A stretch of 64,000 nt of DNA from an uncultured bacterium (GTDB lineage Bacteria > Verrucomicrobiota > Verrucomicrobiia > Verrucomicrobiales > DEV007), in contig CAXBMO010000003.1 of NCBI GenBank assembly GCA_963977015.1, positions 224,001 through 288,000 of the forward strand. The letters run 5' to 3'. The notes under the pieces are model-generated. The model saw only the letters and a list, made by a program, of their open reading frames with translations. It had not been told where the DNA came from and did no database searches. Shown in pieces: positions 61,701 through 64,000 of this stretch. The position numbers and the translations under genes were made by a program. Each line of letters opens with the position of its first letter. Positions within the stretch are counted from its first letter, which is position 1.

Positions 61701-64000
61701 CGTTCTCTCCGCCGAATCCATCGCCGCCGGCAGATCCCGCCCAGAAAAGGTGTGAGGTACCGGAATCATCCGCCGCGGAAGCATTGAAGTAGAACGAAAC
61801 CGTTCCGCTGGCGCTCGTCATCTGCGTCCCTTCCAAAGTGCCGGGAATCACAATGTGATTGTTGCTCACAGAGGCCGACTTGTCGAAATCCGCGGCGGTA
61901 TTGGTCGTCTCGAACAGCCCCGTATTCTGTCCGGCAACTCCCAACGTCACCGCGGACCCCACCGTGGCGGCATCATTGACCGTTCCGGCGCTGTCTTGCA
62001 CCGTGCCGGATCCTGCCGCGTCGTTAAAGCGGTAGTAGGCCAGCGGATTCAACGCCTGAATCGTCGGTGAGATGACGCCACTCACGAGCACCGTGTCCTC
62101 ATCCGTGCTGGCGTTGTCGACCGTGCCGACTGGAGCGCGGTTGACCACCGTGAGCGCGATGTCATTGCCGCTTCCCTCCGTGCCCGATGCGGCGTCGTAA
62201 TTGTAGGACACGCTGAACTGGTTGAGACCATCCAGTGACGTGACCAGCGTGTCGTCGCCATTGGCGTTGGTGAAAAATCCCGTGGCATCGGCATCGTCGT
62301 TGACCACGATCACGAAGGTATCGCCCGGCTGCGGATCGAAACCGGGCGTGGTGATCTGAAGCGTGCCCGAACTGACGTCCACCAATCCGTTGACGTTGAC
62401 CTGATCGACCTGGCCCGCGCCCGTGCCGGTCAGTTCCACCTCGTAGATTCCGTCGATGTCGAGATCGCCCGTATTGAGGACGCCGGGGCTGAGTCCCGGC
62501 CCAATCAGGGCGCCCGCGTCCACCGTCACCGTGCCGGCGAACGTTCCGGTTCCCGCGAGCGTTCCTTCGTCAATGTTGGTTCCGCCGCCAAACGTGGCGT
62601 TGCCTTCGAAAATCAGGGTTCCCGTTCCATCCTTGTCCAGCGTGGCATCGTCGGAATCGCCATCGGTGTCCGTGATGCTGCTGGCCGCGGCAAAGGTCGC
62701 AACTTGGCCGGCATCAACCGTAAGTCGATGCACGCCCACGCCGGTGAGGTTCATGAGCACATTGGTATTATCGAGATCCTGCCCGCTGAGATTCTGGATG
62801 ATCGCGCCGGATGCCCAGTTGAATTCGTAGGTTCCGCCGAGCTCGGAAAGGGTCCCGAATTGAAGCGTGCCCCCGTTCAGGTTGAAGATCCCATCGGTTT
62901 CACCCGGGTTAGTCCCGCTGTCAGCGTTGGCGAGTTGAATCGTCTTAGCCGATACCATACCCGCGTCCATGGTGAACGTTCCGTTGCCACTTCCGCTTCC
63001 CGAGCCCCGATACCGGCCCACTGCGAGTAGATCGATCGTGGCATTGATGATGGTTCCTCCCGTCATATCAAAGACACCTTCGTTGTCCGTGCCCGTGCCA
63101 CTGGCATTGTTATACCCCACATACAAATCCGCGTCCGTTCCGGCGCCACCCTTGCCATTGAGGATCAAAATCCCGTCATCAGCGATGGTCACTGATCCGC
63201 TTGCCTTGCGGTAACCAACATCAAAGGTATTCACATTCAGCGTGTTGGTAGTGCTGCCTAAGATCAGTTTGCTGACGACGCCCGAATTTCCGGGAGGGTT
63301 TGAGTCAGCTATGAGAATGCGGTCGGCGGTGATCTCATTGTCACCGGAGCTGGAGAGGGTCAGGCTTCCCACCGTACCGCTGCCACTACTATAGCTATTG
63401 ACACCGATATGAACATTGCTGACGTCAACGGTCACGGAATCCGCGTTGGAAAAGTCCACCGATCCGCTCCCCACCGCGGAACTGCCACTATTGGAGTAGC
63501 CAATCCTGAAATTCCCCGCACTATCGCCAATGTTGACCGCCCCTCCGGTGACAGTCAACGCTCCCGTGCCCGAATATCCGACCCGGATTTCATCGACCAT
63601 CAGGCCGTTCGCGACCGTCAGGGTCCCATCGTCGATGTTGAGCACGCTGTCGCCGCCATTGTCCGTGACGGCATTGAAAATCGTGCCCGTGGCGGCGTCT
63701 TCAAGCGCAAAAGTAGCCGTCGTCCCGGTTTCGCTGAGCACAACGTCCTTCACCAGGACCGTATCATGCGCCGTGACGACTCCGGTATCGACGTCGAGGG
63801 TTTCGACATCGAGCAGAGCATTGAAATCCGCGGCATTGGCGTTGATGCTCAGCGTGCCCAAGCGGCTCAGATTCTTGATCGCGGCAGGCCCCGTTCCCGT
63901 CGGTGCCGCCAAGCTCGCCAACTGAAAGACAAAAGCGTCGATCGCCACCCCATCCTCGCGTTCGGAGAAGCGAACCGTAAACGTGCCTCCGTGGTCATCG
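49771..64000 (-). CDS. Giant (>4740 aa, 5'-truncated) adhesin-like paralog: beta-helix, LamG, VCBS/cadherin-like Ig repeats with inserted beta-sandwich modules, shared C-terminal region
   Basis: The frame stays open from 63948 to the window edge (DDHGGTFTVRFSEREDGVAID), so the GTG at 63948 is probably internal. Ig repeats 'NDAPVA.DD...ND.D.D...G.F.Y...DTFTY'. C-terminus nearly colinear with gene 2. Confidence 0.9.
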   Translation of the reverse strand, partial: DDHGGTFTVRFSEREDGVAIDAFVFQLASLAAPTGTGPAAIKNLSRLGTLSINANAADFNALLDVETLDVDTGVVTAHDTVLVKDVVLSETGTTATFALEDAATGTIFNAVTDNGGDSVLNIDDGTLTVANGLMVDEIRVGYSGTGALTVTGGAVNIGDSAGNFRIGYSNSGSSAVGSGSVDFSNADSVTVDVSNVHIGVNSYSSGSGTVGSLTLSSSGDNEITADRILIADSNPPGNSGVVSKLILGSTTNTLNVNTFDVGYRKASGSVTIADDGILILNGKGGAGTDADLYVGYNNASGTGTDNEGVFDMTGGTIINATIDLLAVGRYRGSGSGSGNGTFTMDAGMVSAKTIQLANADSGTNPGETDGIFNLNGGTLQFGTLSELGGTYEFNWASGAIIQNLSGQDLDNTNVLMNLTGVGVHRLTVDAGQVATFAAASSITDTDGDSDDATLDKDGTGTLIFEGNATFGGGTNIDEGTLAGTGTFAGTVTVDAGALIGPGLSPGVLNTGDLDIDGIYEVELTGTGAGQVDQVNVNGLVDVSSGTLQITTPGFDPQPGDTFVIVVNDDADATGFFTNANGDDTLVTSLDGLNQFSVSYNYDAASGTEGSGNDIALTVVNRAPVGTVDNASTDEDTVLVSGVISPTIQALNPLAYYRFNDAAGSGTVQDSAGTVNDAATVGSAVTLGVAGQNTGLFETTNTAADFDKSASVSNNHIVIPGTLEGTQMTSASGTVSFYFNASAADDSGTSHLFWAGSAGGDGFGGENEMHVNLRADGELQMYIQGASSVNAFTSGTDYRDGQWHQIIFSWDKTANEVKLHVDGAEELSSQHTGNTFNLNNIRLGSPTNNNGDRDFGGLIDEAAFWDTALSTPDVAKLTDPKGILTNDSDPDGDSISIVPWTTVSANGAAVTVDVNGGFTYDPTASAELQSLLPGQTVTDTFTYFVSDGNQPGDAAVMFDANDLGTTSNMSGQGGGTGLSGSWGGGTGTIRVVGMDLTYPGYNVTQEGNSRAVQGDYTQFKNLNRALTTPLDGEVWFSYLVQNPVGEDAKGGLAFNLTDSTDYDAATFQVVANGTGLQIRLPNGTGTTDVTVPNQFTDGQTSLVVGRLNIGAGANDTIEVWVDPDPVNGTTQGPAYSGTGDFGDSISRLGIVSYATNAEWSSSSPAEGGIVDAIRMDNSAYAVIGAASAEVTVTVEGRNDAPDAVDDTYTTSEDTVLDVDVASGVLNNDTDVDNDTLQVQAFDATSDKGAVVSMNANGSFSYDPTGSAELQGLLPGQTVNDTFTYTNSDGNGGTDTATVTITVQGADDGPAISADSVLTFTEGEGPTVVHPTLSLTDPDTNDIADGDARSNLDTSNFVAIAAIGTGFVDGQDQLALDTGSISSNLNVSVSADKSFVTITADNSSSTLADFEDALRKVTFENTSDNPTISNREIVFGFFDGDQITDPTTSQTIANWDFEDGNADFSPDVTATGFTISDITKGNVLYFATDYKGDYPSKVLGVSPADTNSPTLAQAVANNTYVEFTISSNGAAYNLSRLAFEVSKGGSGTRGISIRFSDDDFSSYTEVVSQDITTSRHAQTPFDVDLSTYDALKNLNGDLKARIYVYAPGNGNRLEFDNFSLTGEVGHSVVVDTSIVPVNDPPNPVDDSFDADEDTVLEIDVTDGVLDNDTDPENDSLQVVGFDASSVKGATVVVDSDGSFSYDPTGVAEFQGLLPGQSVEDTFTYTVSDGNGETGTATVTITVQGADDAATIASDATLSFTENDGPTAIHPGLTLTDPDTNDLADGDSRASLDSSNYVASATITSGFVPGEDQLYLDVNEISSNLSVSFSADHIEIAASNSNATLADFQDALRKITFENVSENPTTSPNREVSFRFFDGDLATNPGTSLTLASWDFQDGNADFAPDVEGDGFTISDISKGNVLYFATDYQGSYPSKVLGVSPADSNSPTLADAVENDTYVEFSISSGATPYNLTQLQFEVSKGGSGTRGISIRFSDDDFSSYTEVVSQDITTSRHAQTPFDVDLSTYGALKNLSGDLEARIYVYAPGNGNRLEFDNLTLSGEVSGGVVVDTAVVAVNDLPVAADDTAQAKERGASPGSKATGNVLTNDSDVDDAAGEFGVVRFGSGDEVAGATTDAGGSVAGNYGTLQLNADGAYTYTVDDSNSTVDGLLSGETLTDTFIYNVQDGDSQDATAPAPGDAEPSVAVDFSDVSGGFKGKSFGDGITGSWDGSSNVYSKTGGLSSSLYNVTQSDNVSATGHDTNHRQVVADLETAMQGEVWFSFLVRNNSSSAVSGITLNPNNPSSGPVYDPDYDFGILASGSKLAVNGNETDNVFDTTGSVTHLVVGRLNLEVGTESLDIWVDPNLTGDPVLPTATWSGSASALAQEIASLGIVAYGNGNLDNILLGESQHDVTGVADPATLQPANYATLTVTITGTNDAPVANADTNFAVEHGATANGEQIAGGGGSTPGTASGNVLIDTDYGDGFADAADTDADDALDGTNVAVTQIRYSGEGTPRGSNAGGDVSGATVVDGQYGYLTISPNGSYTYTIDQAVADELAGDESITETFTYTIEDGGEDEVEVSAIIGLELDGNNQLANITVENASGDSFVLTSGDLVGVQVTQFRGENASVLFTEGGATGVPAQGDRALALEDDAFDTGLANPKYATASELEAGTNVGMTVEFDRSVNSALFFEVGDGDPIVAQVSLDGVNWSDAVSFASGDYWWDNVSSVAVEVFEMGSVPNTLNDVENGTFTKTPYGTTVAVRGLALTADRFGVESFRYLRYSSGVANAVDPVYIAGVQSASDSDTLTITVQGNNDAPVANDDTNIAVEAGGVENGILGINPSGNVIGSLGGGSGASAGDVPDTDADLKVREKLYVTNVTFSGAPFSGATYFGGAVAVDGSVRVDGAYGSLEIWSDGSYTYTVDETVADQLDAGDAPVEEFVYTVSDQPGLTETTLTTYAFQGNGSPSSPHAAIDAGSVSVSSTANTGDTFISGSTYTALIRGDGTASDQASALTDDDYFEFTITPNPGETISLTALEFEHFANNAGTVTSGTSSRVHWSSSLDNFQTALHDADAFVQPFQDVGDVNAVTRETSVLNLGSEFQNLTGPVTFRFTFSDDSIDNEFINRLDNLVVRGIVGEVSTDTGNLAIEVRGTNDIPVAVSDTSIAVEAGIRTGFTGTGNVLSNDSDIDTDDVGNLSVVAFGSGSDSGDATTAAGDTATGNFGSIQIGANGSFTYTVDDANAAVQALDSGDTLTDTFVYKVQDTTTANPSVKVDFSSLSDGASIGTTHGQGLNGAWGGTSTINAVSDGLVSELYNIPPSDKAAEGDYGGPRQVVANLQEPMASEVWFSFLVQNVDDQNDDGVGGITFNSKANDANGILNYEPENDFGVFASGGDLVVGVTEGSFEVREGLFTPGQTHLVVGRLNLVDGVETIDVWVDPNLTDNPELPEANYSGALHGTAIAAQQEITSLGIAAYRDSLLDNILLGGEMLDVTGINSQFATLTVTIQGANDAPQIVDDENFAVEPGGENNQTVVVGGDGETSSGTKGNVMGGDGVSPNDGADLDVDGDDDPAAGNGSVVVTQAEYTGSGTPVGSNAGGRVNGATVVDGAYGQLTINPDGSYSYTVDPGASDSLNSGDTADEEFTYTIANTEELARFDLNPSSSTQNIAPDSEAADLVSVSLQAKGSSGEIFVSGSSKTALIRASAAPGSEDAALDNLLDGTGTNYFEFIVTPAIGESVTLTSIEFEAGISNGTFDSHLYFQSSVGDFGSSNPVLGSFNPTTRNDSFINYPAYELELGDEFRDVSSPVTFRFTWSDNSGVSGYISRLDNLVINGYQAGAEDTGILTIEVQGRNDDPVAANDSGATDEDTKLTVSVAEGLLANDSDADAGDVVGTNVLVSDFDPLSQYGAAVSVDPDGGFSYDPRESAYLQTLAEGETIVDTFTYTISDDESATHTATVSITVSGKGAIEIETDKVFPPGFGGDPASFSPDTASIVMNCGNLEISVNGTLLRSIANSVLTNGAGVDNDSGDANPDGKHDIVFRGAGDSVTLTAGTLDSGVFNDLEVVSADRVDFTAASSLAGRLTVNAGSINLGANLMTGGEQEFNGPVTLTANVSLTAVDTDSDGEGVDFANTVAGSGNNLTLSGGAGVAEAISGVGVLRADRIDSESTISAASVDVTGVSELGGNVATSGAQTYGGAITLTDHVSLIGGTLSTQAIGGAFDLTTVSTGVTTFASALNLGGLNVTSGASLDIGVDITTTGDQILTTAGNFTLLSTAALDAGVGSITVYADHSNSTTPEADGVFVNWLGTVNAAAVTIYGGTAEDAFRVQPSETTEITVHGLDPTTLPGDALVVLGPDPQLNSTGSGEGNYTFPAANPALLPVHFTSIESDNLVPVLLGVSIRDSLVHGVGQGPIALFPNIQVTQANLVISATIQIHGGYQPDEDRLSAIALPAGLSQRFDRSSGTLTISAGPGGVSSKAMEQALRAVAYSNKDVSDPAAGTRWFVVEVQDGTDRSNALQVSVIQEGKTKPASAAGTNTGDTPATATGTTPAGEESAAGELSNLQSLLNSFGDSGVFAGVRLDEVLDGSSGYQFLNGQLITPEGVVIDPSTIRSGESSVLPTLPPAFSLTPFFAGTSAVGAQIVVTISDGAGGFSYTTTVQADAAGNWSASLSGVTLEDRVYSITIQEVSPIFAMEGGSSSIFRAGSFRGGLIPGLSTEEELTLGDIYGLIIDATNPEDAILQLEQ
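57790..60415 (-). repeat. Intragenic tandem duplication of two ~1.31-kb (~438-codon) units in giant gene 3
   Basis: Offset of 1314 nt between matched anchors (57928 vs 59242; 57847 vs 59161). Peptide 'FEVSKGGSGTRGISIRFSDDDFSSYTEVVSQDITTSRHAQTPFDVDLSTY' occurs twice. Boundaries are approximate. Confidence 0.85.

Noticed and set aside
7775-63925. Numerous 60-360 aa ORFs overlapping the giant genes
   Set aside because: Expected shadow frames of GC-rich, compositionally biased coding sequence; no independent motifs.
1-64000. CRISPR arrays, rRNA/tRNA, transposases, integrases, invertible-repeat or DGR components
   Set aside because: None seen. The window is nearly all coding, with no recombinase or reverse transcriptase ORF, and the repeats are in-frame protein modules.

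Overview
This GC-rich bacterial window is most likely from the Verrucomicrobiota/PVC group; that is an inference from the protein families present. The left 7.7 kb holds a minus-strand GldA/GldF/GldG-like ABC transporter plus DUF4340 operon and a plus-strand cluster of exodeoxyribonuclease III, a CNNM/CBS protein and a Gfo/Idh/MocA oxidoreductase. The remaining ~56 kb is a tandem minus-strand array of three paralogous giant surface proteins (4990 aa, 8526 aa and >4740 aa, the last 5'-truncated). The two complete genes carry LEPR-xLL leaders, a metzincin-like motif and Cys-free MAM domains. All three share beta-helix repeats, nested LamG/PA14/Ig-like modules and a C-terminal tail. The most notable unexplained structure is a ~700-bp cassette repeated in front of both complete giant genes. 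It comprises a conserved promoter-like block, a ~140-codon leader ORF whose core (ISSQIRRRA...RRYALLFGGNFQP) differs mostly by synonymous changes, a pyrimidine tract, and a covarying terminator-like hairpin ~85 nt before the giant ATG. This looks like a candidate leader-peptide attenuation or antitermination system controlling giant adhesin genes.
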